A stretch of 63,993 nt of DNA, counting the filler, from Piptocephalis cylindrospora (Eukaryota): the NCBI GenBank assembly GCA_003614145.1. It is 4 parts of 4 records of this genome, joined end to end, with 100 filler letters (N's around TTAATTAATTAA, not from the genome) between each part and the next. Parts side by side here need not be neighbours in the genome. Positions count along the whole stretch, not along the records: positions 35,775 to 53,456 come from KZ987850.1; positions 53,557 to 63,993 come from KZ988037.1; 2 more parts are not named here. One strand, written 5' to 3'. A model generated the notes under the pieces. The model saw only the letters and a program-made list of their open reading frames with translations, searched no databases and was not told where the DNA came from. The translations under genes were made by a program, and so were the position numbers. Positions 47,701 through 61,052 of the stretch are shown one piece after another (positions within the stretch are counted from its first letter, which is position 1; each line of letters opens with the position of its first letter).

Positions 47701-50700
47701 CCGATTCAACCTTGGCTGCATCCCGAGAGGATCGGTAGACCTGAGCAATAGATCGGGATCGAGATCTATGGATATTTCTCCAGACAGGAAGGCTAGGATT
47801 GGATTCCACTTGACGCCTTCCCTTCCTCTCCCCATTACCAAGCCTTGCCTGTGGCGCAGAGCTAGGAGGGAGTATTCCTAGAGTACCATTGGCTCGCAGC
47901 CTTTGGGATGAGTACGTAGGTTTCATATAACTAGGGCCCTTACCCATCCGATGTCTCCCCTCGCTCTCCTCAAAATGGATTTCCTTATCATTTGAACCCT
48001 TCCCAGACCTCTCCCTTCGTGAACCAAGATGTTGCTGGCCCCTAGATTCTTCACCTTCCCCGGTGGGATAAGAGAGGGAATGTGAAAGAGTCGGGGGCCT
48101 TTGAGGGTTTCTCCCTCCCCCTAATCCTCGAGTATCCCGCTGAGATGAGCCTTGAGGTGAGGTACGAGTCAAGCCGCTGATCTTATCATCCGCTTGACCT
48201 TTCGGATCCAGCTGTCGACTTGTGGGGATTTCGTCGATATCATCTCCAGAGATAGATTCAACACTCTTGCTTATCCCCTTACTCCTCTCTCCTCCATCTG
48301 TCTCCGATCCATCATTATCAGTTTCCCCCCTGGCTTCTCTCTCATTCGTTACTTCATCCTCTCCCTTCACTTCCTTTCCTTCTTCCATATTGTCCTTCTT
48401 CTTTCCTGGGCCCTCCTCCTCCTTCACTTTATCACTCTCTTCCTTTGCCTTACTTTCTCCCTCTTTCTCTTTAGCTTCCTTATCTTCTCCTTTAATATCC
48501 TTTCCCTTTTCCTTTCCTTCTCTATCTCCTCCCATCACCAAAGACGTTTTCTCGCGGAAAATTCTTCGGATTTGTAATCCGGCAGCACCTACCCCAGGTA
48601 CAGATCCAACCGTGGGGGGGGGGTACGAAGGCTCATCCACTCCTGGATAGCCCCTTCGGTGCGACTCTCCCATCGAATCGCCCGATCTTGTAGCCCTAGC
48701 CACAAAGGAACGCACTCCAACGGGGTAGGTTTAAGTGGCAGGATAGCGAGCGCATGATGAAACCAGGTTCGATCTTGATCTAGTTGCGTTTTCCAGCTCA
48801 TTGGGCTAGTCGACTCCCCAGATTCAGCCCTTTCCTTGGTATTTGATCCTTTCCCATCCAACGTTCGCTTTTTCTCCGGTCCTTCAACCTCCTCCTTCGA
48901 AGGTGAGTCAGATTCCTTAAGGGCAGGTTCTTTTCCTTCCGCGCTATTTTCTTCATCCAAAGATTCTTCCCTTCTAACGTCCAGATGCTCACCTCTCTCC
49001 TCCGCCTCATTTTCCTCATCTTTATTCTCGCCTTGATCCTCTACCGCTTTCTCGTCACCTTCTGGTATACCTTCCTCCTCCTTCATATCTATCTTGGCCG
49101 ATCCTCCGCTCAGTCGTCTCACCTCCCGAACGTCCAGTGTGCCATCGATATTCTTACCCTCTATGTTCCCTTTGCTTTCCCCTTTTTCTTCTTCCCTATT
49201 CCGCTTTATCTCCTCACCATCATTCACTTCAGCCTCTACACCCTTTTTCTCCTCCTTTTCCTCCTTTCCATTATCATTACTCTTCCTCCCTTCATCCCTT
49301 TTCTCCTCTTCTTTCTTCTCCTCGTCTTTCCTTCCCTCATCCTCCTCACCCTTCCCATTACCACTTCTCTTCTTGCCCCTTTCTCCTCCGTATTCCTCTT
49401 CCAAGCCCTCTTCTTTTCCTTCAACATGTGAATCCAGAGAATTTCCCTCTGGGGTTTGCACACTATTCTCCAGCACTCCGAGCTGATCGAGCCTTTGTTC
49501 AATCGACGTAAAGAGTCTTTCCGCCCGGTGAAATAGCAATTCCCTCTCATCATCGACTTCAAGTCCATCCTTACTCTCCTTCTTAGTCATAGGGTCATCT
49601 TTGGAGCCTCCAGACGACCCAGGGGATCTTTCCTTGCTCTGATCATCCTTTGAAGCAGCTTCCACCTCTTGTTCCTTTTCGGTCTCCCCCCTTCCATCTC
49701 TATCTTCCATGCATTGCTCTTTATCCTCAATTGCCTTGATATCTTCCTTGGGGAGAAGGATAGGAGCCGGGGAAGAAACTTCTTTGAGTTGAAGGGGGCC
49801 ACGACGAATCCGGACAATGAGCCCTCGAAGTCCAAAGGCTCGTACAGATGCAAAGCTTCCTGCACCACAGATGCAAAGGCTCCTGGAAGGACTCAAGCCA
49901 TAAAAGGTGAGCTCCAGATATTTTCCCCAGCTATAGGCGAAAGAAGCCTCCGAAAGTGGGCGGACCGGGCCAATCCGATTGCATGCACTGCATTCGCCCC
50001 ATACCAGGAGTCGATCGGCAATTCCGCTGACGCCCCCAGGAAGGCCCGGGTCCACTCGAACATCCACCCGAACTTTCCCATGAGCATAAGTCAGAGTGTG
50101 TAAACGCTGTGGTCGCCCACATCTCCGCTCCGGACACATTGTTTCGGCACCCATAAACAGCCCCTCCAAGAAGTAGCCAAGGGTAATGTCACCCCCCGCT
50201 CGACGATAGTATTCGATAGATAGGAGAGTAGGAGAGGCGCAAGGGGTACCACTAACGGTACAAACCCTCCAAGAAAGTACAATGATATTCTGATGATCCA
50301 GGGGCGAAGGAATTGGGAAAGGAAGGGAGGAGAGCCAAGACTCGGCTGCACGAACATGTCTGTTGTAATTCTGCAGGTAAGCAGCATACATACCATCCAG
50401 TCGGTCAATAAAGGATGAGTGGTTCGGATGGAGCATACGAGATTGACCATGCGCCTTTCCGCCACTTCCTTCGGATTTACCTACATTCCAGGATTCCTTG
50501 AATGTAGGGGATGAGGGGAAAAGGGCTCGAAGACGATCTACTCTCTCCACGTCTCTTCGAACAAGAAGCAGAAGATATGGAAGAGGAAAGTGCACTGAAG
50601 GAGATAAGGACAGCACTGTGTCACGATAGGGTCTCTCAGCTTTCACAAGAGGGGCTGGTCCATGCCCTGGTGGTAGATGTGGAGTAGTAGGAGGGGAGGA

Positions 50701-53328
50701 GGAGGAGGAAGATGACGAGGACGAATCTTCCTGAATGGACATTTCCTGATCATCCATAAGGAAAGTCTCGAGGCGTAGATGGTAAGCTGCAAATACCAGG
50801 AGGTCCAAAGTTTTCTTCAACCTCGCAAGACTATCCCTATCTCCGAGGCTCTTAAGAATAATGGTGCACCCAGCTGTCGGAATGCCCCCCTCAAACCAAA
50901 GATAGCTCTGTCGACAAAGCTGCCACATGCCATCTTTAAAAGAAAGTAAATCAGGGTTGGGTCAGATAACAAGATAAGCATCTGCGCAGGTACTAAGGCC
51001 TCTTGGTTGAACAGAAGGGGAAGGAAATAAAATGGGCTTACCAATAAACTTGCACGTTGGATAGACACGAACGGAAAAGCGTTCACAGGACCCAAGGACA
51101 GTATCGGATGCGGCGAATCGCTCAATACTTTCTACAATGGATGCCTTGGTGCAACGGGCTACAGCCTCCAGGACCGTCCTCCGAACATTCCGCGCTACAG
51201 CAATCCCCTGCTCGTGCAGGATATCCAAGGCAATTCTGGACACACCCTTCCCTACGAGTAGGAGAGTAGGCTTCAAGGCAACGATCCGAGCCACAAGGAC
51301 ACGCAAGGATTCAGCTTCTTGGTCAAAGAGGGATTTCAAACTGACAAATTCCCCTTCAACCCTGGAATACTCCAGGGGAAAATGGAGGAGAAGTATGCGA
51401 GGATGGATTTGAGTCCGGATCATACCCCGGTGTGCCAGCCTCTTTCGACACACCACGCCTGTAACATACTCTGGTTCTAAACACGCATCTAAACCCTGGG
51501 GAGCAGAAGCCTTAGACCTTTTCCCTTTTACACGTCGCGACTGACCATTATTGCGCTCGATAGAGTGTAGATGTGCTCTGTAGGAAGGATAAGCGGCATA
51601 GCGACGCTGCTGCTTTTTCATATGCTTTGTAGGCCTTAGACCACCATCTTCAATCCCCTGGTAGTCTTGAGAAAGGGAGTGGGTAGGGAGAGGTATCCGT
51701 TTGATCTTGACATAATGACGAATATCCATATCATCCCCCTCGCGTACATCCGGCCTTAGAGCCTCTCCAGCTCGGGATGCCATTCTGACCAGATGATGCG
51801 TCCATGCCTCCAAATGATCTGGGGCTGCCAAAGGGAAAAAAGTGGCCGAGAACCTGGGAGGCTAGTCGATGGAGATGTCGAAGAGCTGGGGCATTAGCGG
51901 TAAGTCCTGGAGGAGGAGCCGTGTACACTAAGGAGGACATGGATGCAGAGACGCCTCGACGATGATACGTATGCGATGCGGTAGGAAATGGAGAGGAGAC
52001 GGACGGGGTATAGCCAAATGCTGCACCAGAGGGGGAGGGAGAGAAGGAAGTGGAGACAGAAGAGGTATTGGGTGTAGTATAACCGATGGTCCCACTGCCT
52101 GTATAGGTGAAATTGGATGGAGCAAAATGAAGATGTCGAGGTTGAGAGGGACGACGTAGACTCCAGGAGCCGGATCGACCCATCTGTTCCTGTGGAGGGT
52201 AAGGCACTATTGATCATTGAAGAGATTTGAGGAAAAAAAGGGGAATGAGTCATGAAGAAGGACATATATGAGCAACTATAGACCATCTTACCTCCATTGT
52301 TCACGGGTAAATTAGTCGCGCCAAAGCCTCCTGACTCGCTTTGGGAGAGTAAAGAAAGACTGGAAGGCGATCCGGAGGGGGATAATCTACCCACACCCCC
52401 ACCTGGCATAAGATCTCTTGAACCAACCACAGAAGTTGAAGCTCGACGTCGATGCTGGCCCGTAGAGGCACTCCTTCCCAATTGTACCCGGCAATTCTCT
52501 GACCCTTTGATGGTCACGTTCCTCTCATTTAGTCCCTCGTCCATTGATCCACCCTCTCCACCCTCTCCGCCCTCCCCCCGTTCCCCTTTTCTCTCAATGG
52601 TCCCAAATGTCCTATCATTCTCCTTGGCGGAACTTCCTAATCCAGAGACAGAGTAGGTGACCTTTCTGCCCCTCCGGTCCCCCGCGCCGTCTCTCTCCTC
52701 ATGCTCCATTTCTTCGTCCCCTTCTACATCCCCATGATCGTCATCTTCCCGGTCTTCATCACTGATCCAGCTCTCCAAATCTGGGTCTAATACACCCTCG
52801 AGCTGACGTGCCCCTCCACCCACTGCCGTCTCCCCAGGGCCACCATCCCCCCGGAAAGGCGTATCATCTGTCTCAGAGGCTTGAAGGAAGCGAGAGGCGA
52901 ATGATCGGGCATAAGGGAGGAGTCCACCCACAGAATACTGCGAGGCGTAAGGAGTCATTGGAGTTTGCGCTGCTGCATCAGCAGCAGCGGCCGCAGCGGC
53001 TACCTCAGCCGCCGAATTCGTCCCTGAAGCATTGTCGTACATAGGAGCATTTGATTCCTCTGTGAAGGAGGATGAAGAAAGAAAGTTGAAAGGGGCTGTA
53101 GAAGTGGAGGAGCTTGACGATTGAGAATGGGAGCGAATATTGGAAGAAATGGTGGAGAGACGAGAGAGACGATTGGCATGCATTCCTTTGACGAGGATGG
53201 GCTGGGTAGACACGGAAGTGACTGGGATAACTGATCTTCCTTGACCCCCTTCGGAATAACGCTCTTTATCTTCTTCCTCTCGACCGCCCCTATCATCCTC
53301 TTCCTCCTCATCAGCCGCATCATTTGGT
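44726..53328 (-). CDS. FAB1: 1-phosphatidylinositol-3-phosphate 5-kinase Fab1/PIKfyve; 5' part (FYVE) lost at contig break; two internal frame breaks
   Basis: Cpn60/TCP1-like domain ([27 protein letters not shown]), CCR region ([19 protein letters not shown]), [18 protein letters not shown] domain ([51 protein letters not shown]); stop at 44726. Confidence 0.93.
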
Positions 53329-53456
53329 CTAGGACGACCGTATTCAGAAAGAAAAAGAGCGGGTTTTGTCTCCGCACGTTTAACGAAATATTATGATTCT
53401 TCTTGAAAGCAAACATATAAAAAAGGGAGGAAATTTGGGGAGAAGGGGCGCTAAGG

Positions 53457-53556
53457 NNNNNNNNNNNNNNNNNNNNNNNNNNNNNNNNNNNNNNNNNNNN
53501 TTAATTAATTAANNNNNNNNNNNNNNNNNNNNNNNNNNNNNNNNNNNNNNNNNNNN
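53457..53556. other. artificial contig-joining spacer
   Basis: N44-TTAATTAATTAA-N44. Confidence 0.97.
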
Positions 53557-54518
53557 CTCTCTTTTTTCCTAAAAGCTCGATGTTACCCATTTGGGGATCT
53601 CTGAATGAGGAGAGAGAGGGAAGGAGAAGGAAGAAGAGGGAAGAAGAGGGAAGGAAAGGATGACCTAGGCCGCGTGGCAAAGGCTGTATAGCTCGGAGAG
53701 CAATGAACGAATGGGCGGGGGTGAGGGAGAGAAGAGAGGGGAAGGAAAGAGAAAGAGAAAGAGACGGATCTGGTCAAGACATCAATTCATGCACGCTTAT
53801 ATACATATCGCGAGGAAAGATAAATTACCAACGTGACCCACTTCTCAAGGTAGGCGCCCCGGATCCGAATCAAGACCTCTGGTCACCAGGCCCACTGGGG
53901 AATCCTTCTGTGCCTACTTGAACTATTCATTTGTGTGAATGTGTTGTTAGAAGGTGGGTTTGAAAATCCCCTCCTGATCCTTTGGAGGGCGGAGTTGAAT
54001 GGGAGATTCGTCGGCCCTTAAATTCGAGACTCTCGCGGTATGACAGGGGAGTGGCTTGAATCTAGGGACCAGTAGGTGAAATGTCCCCCTCATGATGTCG
54101 GACTCTAAAACCCTATACAAAAGAAAGCGGAGTAAGCTCCATAAAAAGAAGAGACTCCTAGTCACATCCCGTTGATGCAAGACATGAGATAGGATATGGA
54201 CAGGGAAGCGATGGGGAGGGGATAGTCTTTCACTCTGATCTGCATGCCACACTGTTCCATCTAAATGTGTTTCCTACACGGAAGAGTAAGCGAGACAAGG
54301 CTGAACTGTACCCCTAAAGAAGCTGTCATTTTCAAGGCTCATTAGGAGAAAAAGGATGATGAGTACCATCGACTCGGATTAGATATTACCTTTAGACACG
54401 TTCAATTTGTCCCTGCCTAGAACAAAAAGGGTTTTGTCATCATTCATAAAACAAGCCTTAAAGCTTCCCTGCCAATTGACCCCTGATGCGTACAAGTGTA
54501 CATCTCCTATTAGTATTG

Positions 54519-57500
54519 TCACCCAGTTTTCCCATGAACCTCCTTCTCCCCTCCTTCACCGCTGCTGTTTAGGGAAAGCACCTTGATTAAGGATGAAGTG
54601 GAGGCTGTGGAGGACCGACGAGACAATCCGGTCAGCTGACCACGCAGCAAGGAGTCGTACTCGTGATCTGATCCGACAATCCCACGTTCAAAGTTTCGGA
54701 CACACAGCCGTAGAATTTCACGAGAGTACTCGGCCATTTCCGGATCATCTGGAGGAACATCGACATCCAGACAGGTCAAATGATAGTTCATCCTTAGAGA
54801 CACAGTCAGTGCCATGATTCCTGCGAGTTTGACCTGGGGATTTAATGAAAGATCCAGTCGATGAAGGGCCCTTGCCTCGGGTAAGAACTCGGCAAGCCCG
54901 ATGGCGCCTGAGTATAATTGAGATAATGACTAAGTGGGAGCAGAGGGCATAAAGCAACCAGTCATTACTTACCTTCATCATCGAGTTCAGTTTCAGAAAG
55001 ATGCAAATATTTGAGGGATTGATTTCCCTCTAAACCCCGTCGTAAATGGCTAATCCCCTCGATGGCCCCGTCAAAAATGGGGTTACCACTCAAATCGAGT
55101 AACTGAAGGGTTTGGTTAAGCCTCTATATCATCGTCAGTTGCATAAAAAGGTAAGAAGAAAAGAAGAAAGGGTAGAAAAACACGCGCCTTCCCATCACCT
55201 ACCAAGCACTCCCCAATAGCCACAAGAGATGAGGGATCTAGCTGATTTCCCGCTAACCGTAGTTCCCGGAGCTGCCCATTCTCTTGAAGGGCTCGAGTAA
55301 GATGGATTACTCCAACAGACTACGTCTCATTCAGGAAGGGAGTGAGTGGATTATCTAGCCGCCTTCAATATGCTCTCTCCTCGCACATGCATAGAAAACC
55401 AACTCACCTTGATCCCGTTCTCACTCACGTCCAAGGTCTCCAGCTTGGGATTCTCCCAGGTCACTACACCCTCAGGATCTCCCTCGAGATCTCCCTCATT
55501 CGGCGTCTCCATCGCCTTTTCCTTGATAATCTTCCTTTGACGTAAGAGAGCTCCCATCCAGGCTGCGCCCATGATGCCCATGTTATTGCCCACGAGTGAT
55601 AAGGATCTCAAAGAGGACCGGCGGATGGCTGGGACCAAGGGCTCAAGGAGAGTAGGACCCAAGCCACACACATCCAAGGAAAGGCTCTGAAGGGAACCTT
55701 CATTGGCCATTAAAGCATGGGAGAGGTACTTTACCGCCTTCCGATCCGGGCAAGTGGAAGAAACATCGAGAAGACGGAGCACCCGGGATTTCTTCACGTA
55801 GATGGCGACGTACTTGAAGCCCTCAGTGCCCAGCCGGCCATTCCTTGGTAAGGAAAGCTCTTCCACTTGATCCACGAGTAAAAGACTGTGCAGCAGAACC
55901 TTGAGGGATTCGTTAGTGAGGTCACACTCCCCAACCTCAAGTCGTCGTAGGTCGCATGGGAGGCCCAAGAGATCCGAGAGGATATCTGATGTGTGTCGAT
56001 CCAAGGCAATCCCATTAAGATCTAGGGTGTCTAGATAGATGGACTGATCCTCCTTGGCTTCTTCACGCTCTTTCGCATTCATATCTTCTAGATCATCCGC
56101 CTCTTGCCTCTCCTCTTCTTCTACGACCTGTCCCTCTCGTCGTCGTCTTCTTCTTCTCCTCCGCCTCACTTTCCCCCCACCCGCTTCATCTCCCTTAGAG
56201 GCCCTTAGACCTTTACGTACAGTGGCCTTGGTCAGTTGTCGTAGAATTCCTAGACTAGGTGATTCCTCTCGGGCACGGCAAGCCTCCTGGTAATAATTGA
56301 TCACCTCCTCAGCCGTACACACACCACCAGTCCCCACATCAGGGTTCAAAGAGGGAGCTCCTCGGTGAGCTGTAGGCCCATGTCCCTCACCCTCGCCAGG
56401 CCCATGAAACCCCCTTGAACCTGGGCTCATCCTGGAAGAGGAGGGCTCGAGGATTAAAGTAAATCCGGTGGAATCGTCCCTATCGGCAGCATCTGGGCTA
56501 AATACATATTCCTGGACCATATACTTTACCGGGAATCGTACTCTTTTCAGCACTTTGGAAGGGGAGGAGATGAGAGTGGAAGGGATGGCTGAACTCCCTT
56601 CAGATCTTGATAAGGCCTTGAGGGAGGAGGAGGCAGAGGAGGATTGAAGGGACGATGAGGATGGGGTGGGTGAGGGTACGGTCTCCTCCCGACTATCAAT
56701 ACTGGTAAAGGAAGGTCGTGGGGAGGAAGGGGGACTGGGTTGACCTGAAGTCGAAGAAGAAGAGTAAGGAGGGGTCCCCCGTCCATTCAAGCCACCTATG
56801 CCCGACAGACTGGATCGAAGGGAAGAAGAGCGACGGAGAAGAGGAGAGAGCAAAGAGCCCTTCCCTCCCGAGGAGGTGGAGGATGAGGGGGAGGTGGCCC
56901 TATTGGCCAAGGAAAACCATTCTCGGGGTTTCCACAAAGAAGCGGTTGGAGAAGAGACTCGCGCTGTGGGCTGTGCCATCCCATGGTTTTGCCCTGGACG
57001 AGCGGAGGTGGATGAAGAAAAGCCAGATGAGGAAGGGGAGGAGGGGGAAAGGCCAAAGAATCCTCCACTGCCCCCCTTTGAGCCAGATGAGGGCATGGAC
57101 ACCTTAAGAATGGACCGGATGGGATGGGCTCTTCTTGAATCCGGAGGACTATGCAGACCAAGGGTACGGTTATACCCATGCACCCGGGGAGAAGACGAGG
57201 CCGATATTCCATCCTCCGAACTGCCCGATACAGAGACTAGAGGCGGAGGGTTCTGTGATATGGACGAAGAGAAAGAGGAGGGTTCAAAGGGTCCTTGGAG
57301 ACCCGAGGACATAAAGGGCCCATTGATTTCGGAGGAATGATGTATCCCAAAGGCCTTACTGTTTCCTGTCTCCTCCTCTATTGATGGTGCCGTCAAGGTA
57401 GATAAACCCAATGGGCCTGAATGTGCAGATTCTGCAGTGTAGGAGGATGACATATTCGAGTGCGTATCCAAGGATTCAAAGATTGAGGGAAATGAATCCA

Positions 57501-57792
57501 TAAAGGAGAGGGCGGGGCCCTCTGCAGGTGTTACCGGGGAATTCCCGCTGGGCGGTGTCTCCTCCAGTTCGGATCCCTCCCCCTTGATCAGATCCTGTGG
57601 AGGTCCGGGCTCATTTTCTGAGGCTGAGAGGGCCAATGGAAGCGACGGGGCTTGAGTGGAGCACTGAGAGGGAAGGGGCCCGTAATCCTCGGCCTTGGGT
57701 CGAACTGGGGTTAAATCTTCAGGGTTCTTTTGAAATTGCGCCAAGAGTGAAGAGGAGGAGGAGGACGGGGAGGTTTCCGTGGAGGAGGCCAT
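54519..57792 (-). CDS. RNI-like LRR protein, probable PP1 regulator (Mhp1/Gip3/Her1-PPP1R37-like), 4 exons
   Basis: Ser-rich N-terminus with SILK and KRVRF motifs, YYQEACRAREE motif, ribonuclease-inhibitor-type LRRs (LRRLEVGECDLTNESLKVLLHSLL, LETLDVSENGIK) and C-terminal EILRLCVRN. Confidence 0.75.
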
Positions 57793-58743
57793 GATCCGAT
57801 ATCAAAGGAAAGAGAAAAAGAAAAAAGACGGACGTGTCGTGGGCACAACTAGGAGGTCCTGCCTACCCGGTGGGGATTTGCCTACTTGTCGGTAACGAGG
57901 AGGGAGAAGGGGGGGAGGGAGGGGTCTACGTATGCGTGGGCCGGTGTCCAGGGGAGATGACGTGACGTGGCTGATCTAATCGTCTTTTTGTTGGCCCGGA
58001 GGATGGAGAGAGTGATGTCTAGACCTTGTTTATCTCTCCTGCAAGATAAAGGATGGGTGGGTAGACGGGATGATGATTAGACTGATGATCCTGGGAAGAA
58101 CACGTTGACAAGATGGAAGGATGTAGGATATCCGTCCAGGCAACACGGAGTAGAGGCGCCTGGGGAGTAGTAAGAAAAGAGCTGAGGAGAGAGTAGAGTG
58201 AAATGGAGAGGTGAAGCAAGATAGTCTCACACGGGCTAACACCTTGTGTATCCTTGACTGGGTTTGGCGGTGCTACAAGGCAGGGCAGAGGGGGAGAAGA
58301 AGGGAAGAAAGGGCGTATTGTACTCACCAGGAAAGGCCAACAGTATACCGCGGATCACCCTTATGTGCTCACCCAAGGCATACTAGCAGATCCTTGCTCA
58401 TCCGGGTCAACCGAGCCGAGAACGAAGGGCAGAGTACAGACTCCGCTGGTGCTAAGACTACCCTAAGCCAATGACACGTTATCGGAGTTTGCTAAACTCT
58501 TGTCTTCTACCTCACTCACAAGACTATGTTTAACCTGGGTTCACCTGAGTGCTCACGAGGTTTTAAGGCTTTACTCGCGTTCGCTCTGTTCCACTTCCGA
58601 TCACCAGGTTTAGTCAGAAGATTCGTATTATGCATTCGTCGTACCTAAACTGGGAACGTTTACCCATGGCAATGTCCTCATCTCCTTCCCGTGCTCTCAT
58701 CTCCCTCCCGTATCCTCCTCCCCTTCCCCTCATCTCCAGCATC

Positions 58744-60587
58744 ATGGTAAAGAGCTCGACCGACCGGATCATCCAAAAGAGCTGGAAGGGTGCTCGGCTC
58801 CTTCTGCTCCTTCAGGCTCTGTCTAAACTCCTGACCTTTACCCTAAATCAGGTGCTGTACCGCCTGACTTCCCCGACCATCCTTGGTTTGGCCTACGTCC
58901 GGTTCGATCTCCTCCTCACCACCCTCCTCTTCCTTTCCCGTGAGGGTCTTCGGTGTGCGTGCCTCCGACAGCCCCTCTTGCCCCTCCCGCCCCGAACGAG
59001 GGAAGAGAGAAAGAGGGTAAGACTACTGGTCAATACCAGCTACCTTCCCCTTCTCTTGATCCTTAGTGGGATGGCTGTGTACGGAGGGGTAGTCCAAACA
59101 TCAACGAGCGCGGGATGGTTTAGGGCTCTTGGAGGGCCTGACCAAGGCATCTCTCTTCCACTAGCTCTGTACCTCCTGGCTGTGCTGATTGAACTGACAG
59201 CGGAGCCTGGTTATGCCTTGATCCAGGCCACCATGGATTTTTCTGTTCGGGTTCAAGCTGAGGGCGCTGCTCTGGCCATCCGAACCGTTCTCACCCTCCT
59301 GGGGACCTTATCGGCCTCGGCCTATATGACTCACATCATCCCCTATTCTCCCTGGATGGATGGGGTCTTACCCTTCGCCTGGGCCCAAGTAGGTTATGCT
59401 TTTACTCTGTATATTTACTACCTTGTGCATGCCTTTAGAAAGGGATATGTATCTTACCTATGGCCTCATGGCCCTTCCTTGAAGGAAAAGAAAGATGATA
59501 CCGGACAGGAGGGATGGATGGACGGGGGAAGATTAGGACTAGCATGGACCTTTACACGCCAATCCCTCTTGAAACATTTCCTCACAGAGGGTGATCGTCT
59601 GGTTATCTCCACCGTCTCCTCTGTCACGGACCAAGGCCTTTATGCATTTGTTGGAAACTACGGTTCTCTCCTGGCAAGACTAGCTTTTCAACCACTGGAG
59701 GAGACGAGTAAGGCTCTATTCGCTCGTCTTTTTTCCACCGAAGACTCTTCCTTTAAGGAGGATGAGATCAAAGGATCAAAGGATACCTCCAAAAGCCCCT
59801 CTGATCAATCCCCATCCTCCTCAAAATCCCTGGCAGTCCAAACATTGGCCCTCTTTATTCACATGCACCTTCTCTTGAGTCTATTCCTCCTCTTCCTAGC
59901 ACCATTCTACACTCATCTCCTCATTCGTCTGCTTGGGGGTGGGGATTGGGTACAAAACGGGGCCCCCTCGCTCCTGGCCTTATATTGCGCGTATATTCCC
60001 TTCATGGGGATCAATGGGATCCTTGAGGCCTTTCTCCAGGCCGTGGCTGACTCCGCGGATCTGAAGAAGTACAGTGGGGCTATGGTGAGGTTTTCTATTA
60101 TCTATGCTCTAGCGGGGTTTGGTTGTATCCAAGGCCTAAACATGGGAGCCTATGGCCTTGTCTTGGCCAATATGCTGAACATGGCCTGTCGTATCGATTA
60201 TTGTCTGAGATACGCCCGTTCCTTCTTATCCCAAGGCAAGGAAGAGGTACTCCAAGTTGGTGAGCTCATACCCCATCGGGCACTGATTGGAGCCTCTCTC
60301 CTTGGGTCAGGAGCTGTCCTAGCATCCTGGGAGTATGTCTACTTAGAGGGAAATGCAGCCGTGTATGGGATAATGGGTCATGTGGCCGTAGGTGCTCTTG
60401 TTGGTGCCACCCTTCTCCTCACCCTGTAAGTCCAGATAGAAGGGAGATGATGAAAGTTTAGTAGGACATTTCTTTCCCATTCGTGCTCTCACCCATGCCC
60501 ATCCCTAGATATCGATATGAAGGAACTACATGCCGTGCTTTGATCCGAAAAATCCGACATAGAGGATCAGACCCCAAGGAAGAATGA
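58744..60587 (+). CDS. RFT1: Man5GlcNAc2-PP-dolichol translocation protein Rft1, 2 exons
   Basis: LQALSKLLTFTLNQ, LFLSREGLRCA, QSLLKHFLTEGDR, NYGSLLARLAFQPLEE, YIPFMGINGILEAF; intron ~60426-60508; stop at 60587. Confidence 0.95.
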
Positions 60588-61052
60588 GGATACGTGTATA
60601 AGGCATAGACAATAAACTGAATGAAAATTAATGAAGCGATAATGGTCCATTAATTGATTGACATTGAAAATCCTGTCCTTTTGGTATTCAATCAGTGAAT
60701 TCAAGAAACTACAATGCAGCTGGGGAATGACGGTTGCCAAGTCCGCTCTCTTCCTAACTTTCCTTTAAACGTCTTTACACGTGTCCATGCCCCCAGTCAT
60801 GCTCCAGTCGCATCCTTAGTTGGCTAGATATGTTGCTCTGGAAAACCTAAAACAATCGAGTTCAGGGCTTCCCCTATCTACTCTATCCTTGGTCGCCCGT
60901 CCACTCCGCCTCTCTCGCGCGCGCTCCTGTCCTCGCTTAAACAACAGACTTTCCGCACATGATGTGAAGGAACGGTCCTATCCCAAGGATCAAGACCTCC
61001 TTTTTCTTCCTCTCCCCATCCTCCGCTTTCTACCTCTACTTTCTCTCCCTCC

